Of a DNA stretch of 64,000 bases, positions 39,995 through 48,375 are shown in pieces. Source of the DNA: Candidatus Omnitrophota bacterium. GTDB taxonomy: Bacteria > Omnitrophota > Gorgyraeia > Duberdicusellales > Duberdicusellaceae. Positions within the stretch are counted from its first letter, which is position 1. Each line of letters begins with the position of its first letter. Made by a program: the position numbers and the translations under genes. The stretch is from the NCBI GenBank assembly GCA_016932855.1, contig JAFGCB010000025.1, forward strand, positions 118,987 to 182,986, read 5' to 3'. The notes under the pieces were generated by a model. That model ran no database searches, had not been told where the DNA came from, and was given only the letters and a program-made list of their open reading frames with translations.

Positions 39995-40981
39995 ATGTAC
40001 ACTCTAGGAATTGAAACTTCGTGCGATGAGACTTCGGTTTCGGTTGTGAGACGAAGAAAGGTTCTTTCTTGTAAAACTCTTTCCAGCCTAAAGCTGCACG
40101 CAAAGTACGGCGGGGTAATCCCCGAGATCGCCAGCCGCCGGCATTTAAAATTCATCGACAAGGTCGCAAATCAAGCTCTTAAAGAAGCTAAAATTAATAT
40201 AAATGACATAGGCTTAGTCGCCGTGACGCAGGGTCCGGGTCTTATAGGGTCTTTGCTTGTAGGTATCTGCTATGCCAAGGCGTTGGCCTTTTCTTTAAAA
40301 GTTCCAATTTTAGGCGTTAACCATCTTTGGGCCCATTTATTCGCATCGTTTTTAGATAAACCTCTGGTAATGCCTTTTCTGGGATTGGTTGCTTCCGGCG
40401 GCCATACACAAATCTATAAAGTTTCGGATTTTGATAAAATCACTCTGGTCAGCAAAACCCTGGATGATGCCTCGGGTGAAGCTTTGGATAAAGTAGGCAG
40501 ATTTTATGGCCTGGGGTTTCCGGCGGCCCCCCAAATTGATAGAATTTCCAGGCGTGATCTGGTAGACGAGAGGTTGTTTAGTTTTAAAAAAACTGATAAT
40601 TTAAATTTCAGTTTTAGCGGAATTAAAACCAAGGCTGTATACCTGCATGATAAATTAAAGAAACAAAACAAACTTTCCAGCAAAAAGGTCTGCCAGGTGC
40701 TTTCTTCGTTTCAGCATTCAGTAGTAGACTCTTTAATTAATAATTTGACTATATGCATTAAAAAATTTAAAATAAAGAGTGTGGTTTGCGGAGGAGGCGT
40801 TTTGGCGAATCGATTATTACGCGGGCGGTTAGATAAGCTGCGCAGGGAAAGCAATCTTACGGTATGCATACCCGAAGTTTCGTATTGTCAGGATAATGCC
40901 GCTTGCGTGGCCGGCTTAGGCGAATACCTATATCGTAAAGGATACGCGTCAAAATTTAATTTCGCTCCCCTTGCGCGCTAA
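39995..40981 (+). CDS. tsaD: tRNA t6A threonylcarbamoyltransferase TsaD
   Basis: GIETSCDET, GGVIPEIASR, HLWAH, SGGHT, DNA. Confidence 0.95.
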   Translation: MYTLGIETSCDETSVSVVRRRKVLSCKTLSSLKLHAKYGGVIPEIASRRHLKFIDKVANQALKEAKININDIGLVAVTQGPGLIGSLLVGICYAKALAFSLKVPILGVNHLWAHLFASFLDKPLVMPFLGLVASGGHTQIYKVSDFDKITLVSKTLDDASGEALDKVGRFYGLGFPAAPQIDRISRRDLVDERLFSFKKTDNLNFSFSGIKTKAVYLHDKLKKQNKLSSKKVCQVLSSFQHSVVDSLINNLTICIKKFKIKSVVCGGGVLANRLLRGRLDKLRRESNLTVCIPEVSYCQDNAACVAGLGEYLYRKGYASKFNFAPLAR

Positions 40982-40986
40982 AGCCT

Positions 40987-41454
40987 ATGAGTAATTTTAC
41001 TGTTTTTATCCGAATTGTGCTGGCGGTTATTTTCGGCGGACTTATCGGTCTTGAGCGCGAACATAAAGGAAGGGCAGCCGGGCTTAGAACCCATGTTCTG
41101 GTATGCATGGGTTCATGTCTTATAATGCTGGTGTCGTTATCGGTCTTCGAGGCCTATAAAAGCCAGACTCCGCTTGATCCGGGAAGAATAGCCGCCGGCG
41201 TTGTTACCGGCATAGGTTTTTTAGGCGCCGGCACGATTATACGAAGCGTTCAGCATGTAAGCGGTCTTACTACCGCCGCCTCAATCTGGGTAAGTGCCGG
41301 CATTGGCATCGGCGTAGGTTGCGGTCTTTATTTCGCATCTTTTTTGGTTACGGTTTTTGCCCTGGTAACTTTGGTTTTATTTAAACGAATTGAAGGTGCT
41401 TTGGAAATAAACGATTCTGCGCAAAATAATCAGGCAAACCCGGACGGCGGCTAA
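40987..41454 (+). CDS. MgtC/SapB family membrane protein
   Basis: GLERE, AGLRTH, RIAAGVVTGIGFLGAG, GLTTAASIW. Confidence 0.93.
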   Translation: MSNFTVFIRIVLAVIFGGLIGLEREHKGRAAGLRTHVLVCMGSCLIMLVSLSVFEAYKSQTPLDPGRIAAGVVTGIGFLGAGTIIRSVQHVSGLTTAASIWVSAGIGIGVGCGLYFASFLVTVFALVTLVLFKRIEGALEINDSAQNNQANPDGG

Positions 41455-41532
41455 TCAGCGCGGTCAGCGATAAAGAAAACCAGTGCTATCTTTATATAGA
41501 TACGCATAACCAGTGATAATAGGGGGTGGAAC

Positions 41533-42024
41533 ATGCTAAAGAAGAAGGAAGAGGAGAAAGTGCTGGATGTAAACGCCAGTATGCAGGGAAGTCTTGTATT
41601 TTCCGACCCGGTAAATTTACGCATCAACGGAAAGTTCGACGGGGACCTTAAGACAAAAGGCATACTGCAGGTCGGCCAATACGCAGAGGTTCGGGCAGAC
41701 ATACACGGAGAAGTAATCATAATTTCCGGGAGAGTAAGAGGCACAATTCTTGCTGATAAAAAAATATGTTTGCTTTCCACCGCAGTGGTGCAGGCTGACA
41801 TATCGGCCCCGGCTTTAGAGGTAAAAGAGGGGGCAATTTTCGAAGGCCGCTCCAGCATGATCGCCGATACAATGGAACTTAAAGACATTTCTCGTTATCT
41901 GGATATCGAAGAAAACAAGATTCTCGAATGGGCTTCAACCGGCAAGATTCCGGCAATCCAAGACGGCAGCAAGTGGATATTTGAGCGAAAAAGGATTGAA
42001 AGCTGGGTAAAAGACACGAAATAG
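41533..42024 (+). CDS. Bactofilin (CcmA-type) fused to C-terminal excisionase-like HTH
   Basis: aa ~10-108 beta-helix repeats LRINGKFDGDL/IISGRVRGTI/LEVKEGAIFEG; aa ~113-160 MELKDISRYL...W...GKIPA...KWIF.R..I..W. Confidence 0.85.
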   Translation: MLKKKEEEKVLDVNASMQGSLVFSDPVNLRINGKFDGDLKTKGILQVGQYAEVRADIHGEVIIISGRVRGTILADKKICLLSTAVVQADISAPALEVKEGAIFEGRSSMIADTMELKDISRYLDIEENKILEWASTGKIPAIQDGSKWIFERKRIESWVKDTK

Positions 42025-42071
42025 ATTAGCGGATTAACTGATTAACTAATTAAGGGATTCACTGATTAAAA
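42024..42071. repeat. Six tandem 8-bp units, consensus GATTAACT
   Basis: gattagcg gattaact gattaact aattaagg gattcact gattaaaa. Confidence 0.75.
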
Positions 42072-42092
42072 AGCAAGGGGTGTAATACGGTT

Positions 42093-42392
42093 ATGGCAGA
42101 GAAATTAATTACCATAAGGGAAGCTTCGGAAATACTGGGAATACTGGAAAAAGACGTTATCGACTTAGCGAAGAAAAAACGGATACCTTCATATCTTATA
42201 GGCGGAGAATTTTTGCGGTTTCCCCGTGAAGATATCCATCAACTCAAAGAAAAGATACAAAAAGAATTCAACGTTTTGACTACCACTGTATCTTTTGGCG
42301 AAAAGGTCTATAATCTTTTCCATTTTAATGATTTCTACATAATATCCTTCCTGGCTATCGCAATTCTTTTGGGCGTGATTCTTTTTACATAA
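42093..42392 (+). CDS. Excisionase-like HTH protein with C-terminal transmembrane helix
   Basis: LITIREASEILG...IPSYLIGG..LRF.REDI; tail FYIISFLAIAILLGVILFT. Confidence 0.82.
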   Translation: MAEKLITIREASEILGILEKDVIDLAKKKRIPSYLIGGEFLRFPREDIHQLKEKIQKEFNVLTTTVSFGEKVYNLFHFNDFYIISFLAIAILLGVILFT

Positions 42393-43070
42393 ATGTTTGA
42401 AAAAAATGAAAGTTTCCTTGAACTAGGGTTTGCTAAACTTGATTGCTCACGACAGCGACGAACCGGCCTTCCGGAGATCGTTTTTGCGCAGACAAAAGAA
42501 ATCTCCCAGCTTAAGGAAATCATTATTTCCTTTAAAAAAAACAAGGTGCCCCTGTTTCTTTCCCGCCTTAGCAAAGAACAATACCTAAGGTTAAAAAAAC
42601 ATTTTAAAGATTTAAAATATTTTTCTGCCGCCCGGATAGGGTTTTTGGGAAAACCCTATCCTAAAACCGGCAAAACCGTTTCTTTAGTCACGGCCGGCAC
42701 TTCGGATATCCCGGTGGCGGAAGAAGCAGGAGTATTTTTAGAGATTTTGGGAAACAAGGTTGAGCGAATTTTTGATGCCGGAGTTGCCGGCGTCCATCGA
42801 ATACTAAGTTTTAAAAATAAGATCGATCGCTCAAAGATAATAATCGTGGTGGCGGGAATGGAGGGGGCGTTGGCAAGTTTGGTTTCAGGAATCACCAAAA
42901 GGCCGGTTATCGGAGTTCCTACCAGTATTGGCTACGGTGCAAGCTTTAACGGCCTTGCCTCGCTGTTAGGCATGCTTAACAGCTGCTCTTTAGGGGTTTG
43001 CGTGGTTAATATTGACAACGGACTGGGAGCCGGTTATTTAGCGCACACGATTATAAACAGCGATATTTGA
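42393..43070 (+). CDS. larB: Nickel-pincer cofactor biosynthesis protein LarB
   Basis: RRTGLPEIVF, AGTSDIPVAEEA, AGMEGAL, PTSIGYG, VVNIDNG. Confidence 0.92.
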   Translation: MFEKNESFLELGFAKLDCSRQRRTGLPEIVFAQTKEISQLKEIIISFKKNKVPLFLSRLSKEQYLRLKKHFKDLKYFSAARIGFLGKPYPKTGKTVSLVTAGTSDIPVAEEAGVFLEILGNKVERIFDAGVAGVHRILSFKNKIDRSKIIIVVAGMEGALASLVSGITKRPVIGVPTSIGYGASFNGLASLLGMLNSCSLGVCVVNIDNGLGAGYLAHTIINSDI

Positions 43071-43073
43071 TAA

Positions 43074-44213
43074 ATGGCCATGCGTGAAGAAAAGGTTATA
43101 TATTTTGATTTAATCGGCGGGGCCTCCGGCGATATGCTCTTGGCCGGGCTTATCGGCGCGGGTTTCCAGAAAACCTCTTTGGAAAATTTAATGCGGCGGT
43201 TAGGGTTTAAGCAACTCGGTATCCGCCTTAAAAAAATAAAAGTCGGTCACATATCTGCCAACCGGCTTAGTTACCAAGAGAAAAATACTAAAAATTTATC
43301 TTTTAAGGAGATTAGATCCTTGTTCCGAAAAGCTCCGATAAGCCGATGGGTAAGCGAAAAATCCATGCAGACCTATGACGATCTGCTCCGGGCTGAAGAA
43401 GCGGTACACGGCCATAAACACCATACAAGGTTCGAGCATTTAGGAAAGCCCGATGCAATAATCGAAATTGCTGGATTCTGGCTAGCCCTAGAAGAGCTGA
43501 AAATTAATCGCGGTTTTTGTTCCATATTTCCTTTAAGCCAGACCGCCCCAGCTACTATCGAGCTTCTCAAAAACCGCAAGGTTTGTTTTGTTGATTGGGG
43601 TTATGAAACAGTAACCCCTACTGCGGCCGTATTGTTAAAGAATTTTAGTCAAAACGACATGGTTCTTATTCCCAAAACCGCCGGTTACGCAGCAGGATAC
43701 AACAACAGCCCTGAACGAGAGGATATGTTACGAGTGGTTACTTGTCAAAAACCGGATATAAAAGAAAAGATCCTTAAGCTCGAAACGAACTTAGATGACA
43801 TAAATCCCCAGGTTTTTGATTATATTATGGAGCTGCTTTTTAAAGCGGGCGCTCTCGATGTTTACATCACGCCGATTATTATGAAAAAAAGCAGGCCGGC
43901 TTTTGTGTTATCGGTTCTTCTTGATAAAAAGGATTTAGTGAAAATAGAAAAAGTAATTTTTCGCGAAACAACTACTTACGGCCTGCGCTATGCCGAATTT
44001 TCGCGCGATAAGCTCAACTATAAATTTATTGAAAAAAAGACTTCTTTCGGTAAAGTCCTTTTTAGGACCGGGCATTTGGACGGAAGCATTTTTAAGCAAA
44101 GTCCCGAATATAGCCATTGCAAAAAAATAGCCTCTAAGTATAATATTCCTTTAATTGACGTCTATAAACGTTTAAATGCAAGTAATGCAGTTTTAAGGGG
44201 TAGCGGGGATTAA
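43074..44213 (+). CDS. larC: Nickel insertion protein LarC (divergent)
   Basis: GASGDMLL, AVHG, TPT, ETNLDD, MKKSRP, ETTTYGLR, PEY..C. Confidence 0.85.
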   Translation: MAMREEKVIYFDLIGGASGDMLLAGLIGAGFQKTSLENLMRRLGFKQLGIRLKKIKVGHISANRLSYQEKNTKNLSFKEIRSLFRKAPISRWVSEKSMQTYDDLLRAEEAVHGHKHHTRFEHLGKPDAIIEIAGFWLALEELKINRGFCSIFPLSQTAPATIELLKNRKVCFVDWGYETVTPTAAVLLKNFSQNDMVLIPKTAGYAAGYNNSPEREDMLRVVTCQKPDIKEKILKLETNLDDINPQVFDYIMELLFKAGALDVYITPIIMKKSRPAFVLSVLLDKKDLVKIEKVIFRETTTYGLRYAEFSRDKLNYKFIEKKTSFGKVLFRTGHLDGSIFKQSPEYSHCKKIASKYNIPLIDVYKRLNASNAVLRGSGD

Positions 44214-44287
44214 AAGGATAGAAGGGGTGAAAGGTGCCCCTCCCTCTGTAACCCTTGTATCCCTTAAAACCCTTGCAACCTTTAAAG
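44190..44287. repeat. Imperfect palindrome of 9-bp units
   Basis: aaggggtag cggggatta aaaggatag aaggggtga versus cccttgtat cccttaaaa cccttgcaa cctttaaag; gttttaaggg/cccttaaaac is a perfect inverted pair. Confidence 0.7.
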
Positions 44288-44302
44288 TTGTTTCGCCATC
44301 AA

Positions 44303-44330
44303 ACGCATTACGCGTTACGCATAACGAAAT
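44303..44330. repeat. 7-bp tandem repeat ACGCATT-like x4
   Basis: acgcatt acgcgtt acgcata acgaaat, directly 5' of the tRNA. Confidence 0.55.
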
Positions 44331-44331
44331 T

Positions 44332-44405
44332 GGCGGGATAGCTCAGGCTGGTAGAGCAAACGGCTCATACCCGTTCTGTCGGTGGTTCAAGTCCACTTCC
44401 CGCCA
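44332..44405 (+). tRNA. tRNA-Met(CAT), elongator type; CCA not encoded
   Basis: Cloverleaf: GGCGGGA/TCCCGCC acceptor, GCTC/GAGC D-stem, AACGG-CTCATAC-CCGTT anticodon arm, GGTGG-TTCAAGT-CCACT T-arm; G1-C72 pair argues against initiator. Confidence 0.93.
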
Positions 44406-44811
44406 TTCTGTTTCGCCTATAGCAACGTAACACTAGTTAGGGTTTCGTAGGAATCGCCGAAGTAGGTCCTTCGAAGCCATGCCTTTTTTGAAGGGTTAAT
44501 GGCGAAGAAGACCGCTTGCCGCCACTTCTAATTACAGTTTTACCTACCATTCTCAAATTCTTAAGAATATTGGAATAGTTGTGAATCCTGCCGAAATTGC
44601 TTATCCAAACCTACTATCTTGCGGTATAATGAAAACAAAGAGCAGTTTATGAAGCGGAAATGATAACAAATTAAAGAAGATTATCGCAGACTAAAAATCG
44701 GTGTAAATCTGCAATAAATCAGCGCAAATCTGTGCAAAAAAATGAAACCTTTATTCCCGCCAATGCTTGAATTAGATGGGGTGAATCAGTAGTTATAATG
44801 CAGAAAAAAAT

Positions 44812-45918
44812 ATGAAGACTGTAAAAAAAATTTTGGGAATGGTGATTATTTTGGTTGGCATATGGAGTCTTTGGCCTTATCTTGGAGATGCTCTTTGGGG
44901 TATTGCGGGCGGCGCAGAAGACATGCTGGCTACAATCGTTGCTATAATTTTATTTTTATTGAACGTTGGACTAATTTTAGTTGGCGTCCAGATTTTCATG
45001 AATAAGATTAAAGTCTATACTTACGTATTTTTGATACTTGGACTGATAGCCTTAGTCCCTTTTTATAAACAGCTCTATTTAGAGTATATGAGTCCAATGC
45101 GTAAAGTGGCACGAGGAGATGTAGAAGGCGCACTTAAAGAATGTACTCGAATTATAGATTCTGAAGAAAAGGGTTCAGCGTATGTAATGAGAGGGAGAAT
45201 TTATTACGGTCTCGGCGAATATAAAAAAGCCCTTTCAGACTTCGCGGCTGTAGATGGTTGGATTAAATATAAATATGCAATCTTTACCCATATTAGGTTA
45301 AATGATTTTGAAAGTGCGTTGCGGACCTGTGATGCGTGGGCGAGGGTTATGCCACGGCTTGCGAGCGTTGCATATTGTTATAAAGGGGATTTGTATTATG
45401 CGCAGGGAGATTATGAAAACGCAATAGAAGCATATAGAAAACATATTGAGTTATCGAAAATACCTAACGACGATAGATCGTGGGTTGAAGATGGTGCAAA
45501 GGTCGAAGATTACATACGTTTATCAACTTGTTATGCGAAACTGGGAAATTTTTCTTTAGCTGAAGAATACCTTGATAGGGCCTTTACTCTAGCAAGTGAT
45601 TTTAATAAAGATTTATCAATAAATGAAAGCGCTGACCTTACAAGCGTATTGGTTGCAAGAGGAAATCTTTATGCTTATATTGGTAAGCTCGATGAGGCAA
45701 AAGCCCAGTATCGTCAGGCTGTTCAAAGGAACGATTCTAAATTTACGCAGAGAGTTATATGCAAGAAAGCCTCCAGCAAGATATTAAAAGAAATGGGGGT
45801 GCAGTGCTACCTTAATGCGCTTGATGAGAAGAAGGAGAGGGATCCGAGCCGAGCGATAGATCGAGATATGAGAGATTTAATGCCAAGCTTCCCATCCTAT
45901 AAATGGATATGCAGGTAA
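44812..45918 (+). CDS. Membrane-anchored TPR-repeat protein
   Basis: Three N-terminal hydrophobic helices; TPR patterns AYVMRGRIYYGLGEYKKAL, YKGDLYYAQGDYENAI, ARGNLYAYIGKLDEA. Confidence 0.85.
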   Translation: MKTVKKILGMVIILVGIWSLWPYLGDALWGIAGGAEDMLATIVAIILFLLNVGLILVGVQIFMNKIKVYTYVFLILGLIALVPFYKQLYLEYMSPMRKVARGDVEGALKECTRIIDSEEKGSAYVMRGRIYYGLGEYKKALSDFAAVDGWIKYKYAIFTHIRLNDFESALRTCDAWARVMPRLASVAYCYKGDLYYAQGDYENAIEAYRKHIELSKIPNDDRSWVEDGAKVEDYIRLSTCYAKLGNFSLAEEYLDRAFTLASDFNKDLSINESADLTSVLVARGNLYAYIGKLDEAKAQYRQAVQRNDSKFTQRVICKKASSKILKEMGVQCYLNALDEKKERDPSRAIDRDMRDLMPSFPSYKWICR

Positions 45919-45985
45919 TAAAAGGAGCGGTTTAAATAAAAAAGGAGGTGAAAGGCTCAAAGGAAAAGTATTACTTTTAGCGGGC

Positions 45986-46039
45986 CTCATACCCGTTCTA
46001 TCGGTGGTTCAAGTCCACTTCCCGCCATTCTGCTTCGCC
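45986..46039 (+). repeat. Duplicated 3' half of tRNA-Met (attR-like)
   Basis: ctcatacccgttctatcggtggttcaagtccacttcccgccattctgcttcgcc. Confidence 0.9.
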
Positions 46040-46135
46040 CTTCATAGTTTTGACGAAGCCATATATGGCTTTAGATGGCTAATGCCGAAGAAAACTAAGT
46101 TCAGTCATTGTTATTTTAAGTTATTATTTTAAATC

Positions 46136-46164
46136 TTGCTCTGCAGTTTTGCCTGTAGTATAAT
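46136..46164 (+). promoter_or_regulatory. Sigma70-type promoter
   Basis: TTGCTC-N17-TATAAT upstream of the 46249 ORF. Confidence 0.5.
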
Positions 46165-46248
46165 ACTTTTCCGATTTTTACGAAATAGGTACAAGGCTGT
46201 TTTCGGTCAAATTTTATTAAAATCATTTTTAGCTTTAGGAGGGTTCTT

Positions 46249-46452
46249 ATGGAGACTTTTGCTTCAAGGCTATCGGGCTTGCTTAAGCGAAACATAACCG
46301 TTGTTACTACTCAAATGGAGGAAGGCAAAGCCGTTGTTTACGGCGGCACTCTTATGGAGGTGGGCTCTGATTATCTAGTGATTAAAGTTCCTAGGGAAGG
46401 CCAGCAGGTTATAAATTTTGCCCATATTGTTCGGGCTTTCGAAAATATATAA
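46249..46452 (+). CDS. Small Sm/Hfq-like fold protein (YuzF/DUF2642-like)
   Basis: GGAGG RBS; helix then beta strands, G.L.EVG.DYLV...INF.HI pattern. Confidence 0.6.
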   Translation: METFASRLSGLLKRNITVVTTQMEEGKAVVYGGTLMEVGSDYLVIKVPREGQQVINFAHIVRAFENI

Positions 46453-46583
46453 AGGATTTATCGCCGAACGTCAAAAACAAAAGTATAAAGGTTTTTTCTA
46501 ACCCTAAGTATTCTGTATTTGATACGGGATGGGTTAGGGCATACTTAACTAAAAAAAAGAAATAAAGTCAATTAAGGACGAAG

Positions 46584-46980
46584 CTATGCTATAAATTTAG
46601 CGCGCCTACGTCCTTCGAGAGTTGTTTGTATTTCTGAGAGTATGTCTTTCAAGCTGAAGGGCTTGTTAATAAAACAGCTTGCTCCTTTTTTCAAACCTGT
46701 TTTCAAATCTTCCTCGGACGCTAAGGCAGTCAGCATTATTTTCGATATTTTTCGGGTTTATTGTCTTTTTTAAGACGCTGGCTGGCCTCGAATCCGTTAA
46801 TTTCAGACATAATAACATCAAGGATTATCAAATCGGGGTTTTCGCTTGCGGCTTTTTTAAACAATCAGCGCCGTTAGATACAGCAAGGATATCATAACTT
46901 TCTATTTTAAGCATTTTACCCAATAAATCGATTATTGCCGCTGCGTCATCGACCAAAATATTTTTTATCCTTTCCGACAT
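46584..46980 (-). pseudogene. Frameshifted single-domain response regulator
   Basis: MSERIKNILVDDAAAIIDLLGKMLKIESYDILAVSNGADCLK / AASENPDLIILDVIMSEINGFEASQRLK / IMLTALASEEDLKTGLKKGASCFINKPFSL; two frameshifts. Confidence 0.8.
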
Positions 46981-47308
46981 CGCTTAATACCGTCAGCGTA
47001 GTATATCACAACAAAACATAATCACTTCCACATTTTAAGTCGCCTAAGCGCCGGGGTTAGTTCCTTTTTTTTCGCCGGCACTGTAGGATTTTTTATCAGT
47101 ACTGCCAAATTTCTGCTTTATTTTTAATCAGCAATGGGTTATTATAAGATTACAAGGTGGCAGTATGGACGTCGATAAAATAAAACTTTTTTATTCTTTC
47201 GGTATTTAATCTCCGTTGGAGCAGGCGAATTTACCGATTGATACTTTTTCTTTTTGAAATATAAAGATAAAAACCTTTTTTGGATAAAAGGAAAATAGAA
47301 TAAATTTT

Positions 47309-47692
47309 ATGCCAGAGGACCGAAGAAGATTTGAACGCGCGAAATTTCCTATTGTTGTCAGATGGCGATGTTTGACAACTTTCGCTGAAGGCGACGCGTC
47401 TTTGCCGGATTTGGCGGAAGACATATCCGCAGGAGGCGTCTGCCTGGTGTTGTATGACGCATTGAAAGTGGGCGATGAAATCGAGCTTCAATTTTCATTA
47501 CTAGGTAAAGGAAACATTCAAACAAAGGCAAGGGTTGTTTGGGTCAGGCAAGCCCAAATGTTTAGCGGCGATTACAGGATGGTGAAATACTATGCCGGCC
47601 TTGAATTTATCGAAATGAGCCAGAAAGATAAAGAATTCATTAATCAGATCATCGCTCGATTAAAAAGAAATCCCGAACAGGCACAGGCTTAA
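47309..47692 (+). CDS. PilZ-domain protein
   Basis: RRFER (RxxxR) and DISAGG (DxSxxG). Confidence 0.9.
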   Translation: MPEDRRRFERAKFPIVVRWRCLTTFAEGDASLPDLAEDISAGGVCLVLYDALKVGDEIELQFSLLGKGNIQTKARVVWVRQAQMFSGDYRMVKYYAGLEFIEMSQKDKEFINQIIARLKRNPEQAQA

Positions 47693-47706
47693 ATGTAGGA
47701 GCAAAA

Positions 47707-48336
47707 ATGAAAAATGTTATGCGAACAGTTTTTGTTGTTCTTTTCCTAAGTTCTGGCGTTATCTTCGCTTTGGCCGAGACCGTTGCTGAAAAATCCTCTT
47801 TACCGGATATTTCAATCGAGGGCATTCTTTTTGATGAAAACAATCCAATGGTTGTAATCAACGGCAGGACTTTACGGATAGGCGATAATATCGAAGGGGC
47901 TGAAATAGTAGAGATTACCGAAAACGGGGTAAAGTTTGACTTTCAGGGGAATTTCTATACAAAGACGCTCAATGTCGGAAAGCCCGGTCCGGTGATACGC
48001 AAACAGGAAAGTTTTTTTGAGAAGGTTAAGAAAAGTTTGAGTAAATTCTTTACCAAAGAAAAAAGCCCTACGGAACAAATAAACGCTTCGAAAGTATCGC
48101 GGTTTCAAAGACACAAGGAACTGGCTTACCGCTATTCGCGGGATGCTCAAAAAAGATCTCGTTCTGACCCCGTGGGGGCTGCGGCCTTGTATGGAAAAGC
48201 GCACCGGGAAGCTCAGATGGCTTACAAGGCTGTTCCCGGTAAAGGTAAATATGCCGATATTGAGAGGAAGAAAATGTTTAACTTAGCCAACGATTGCTTG
48301 GAACAGCAGGAAGCTTGTCAAAGATTAATGCGGTAA
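47707..48336 (+). CDS. Exported protein with GspB/PilP-like domain
   Basis: Signal peptide; IEGILFD...VVING..LRIGD.IEGAEIVEI..NGV.F; helical C-terminus. Confidence 0.65.
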   Translation: MKNVMRTVFVVLFLSSGVIFALAETVAEKSSLPDISIEGILFDENNPMVVINGRTLRIGDNIEGAEIVEITENGVKFDFQGNFYTKTLNVGKPGPVIRKQESFFEKVKKSLSKFFTKEKSPTEQINASKVSRFQRHKELAYRYSRDAQKRSRSDPVGAAALYGKAHREAQMAYKAVPGKGKYADIERKKMFNLANDCLEQQEACQRLMR

Positions 48337-48375
48337 ATCTACTCGTTGTTACAGAACTTAAGCAAGGAGGGTTAT

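Larger units (their letters stand above)
44364..46039. mobile_element. Small integrase-less insert at tRNA-Met bounded by 54-bp direct repeats
   Basis: 44364-44417 matches 45986-46039 at 52 of 54 positions, starting at the anticodon loop. Confidence 0.7.

Noticed and set aside
41533-42392. Prophage or ICE excisionase module
   Set aside because: No integrase, att site or phage genes adjacent; the HTHs are fused to a bactofilin or a TM helix
44332-44405. Initiator tRNA-fMet or tRNA-Ile2 assignment
   Set aside because: Paired G1-C72 and no three consecutive G-C pairs in the anticodon stem; sequence resembles elongator Met. Ile2 is less likely but not formally excluded
44227-44430. 67-aa ORF
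   Set aside because: Overlaps the 9-mer repeat and tRNA-Met; spurious
44190-44740. CRISPR array
   Set aside because: Units are 7-10 bp with no unique spacers; no cas genes in the window
45986-46027. Second tRNA gene
   Set aside because: Lacks the 5' acceptor strand and D-arm; only a 3' fragment
46679-46897. 72-aa plus-strand ORF
   Set aside because: Antisense to the response-regulator pseudogene
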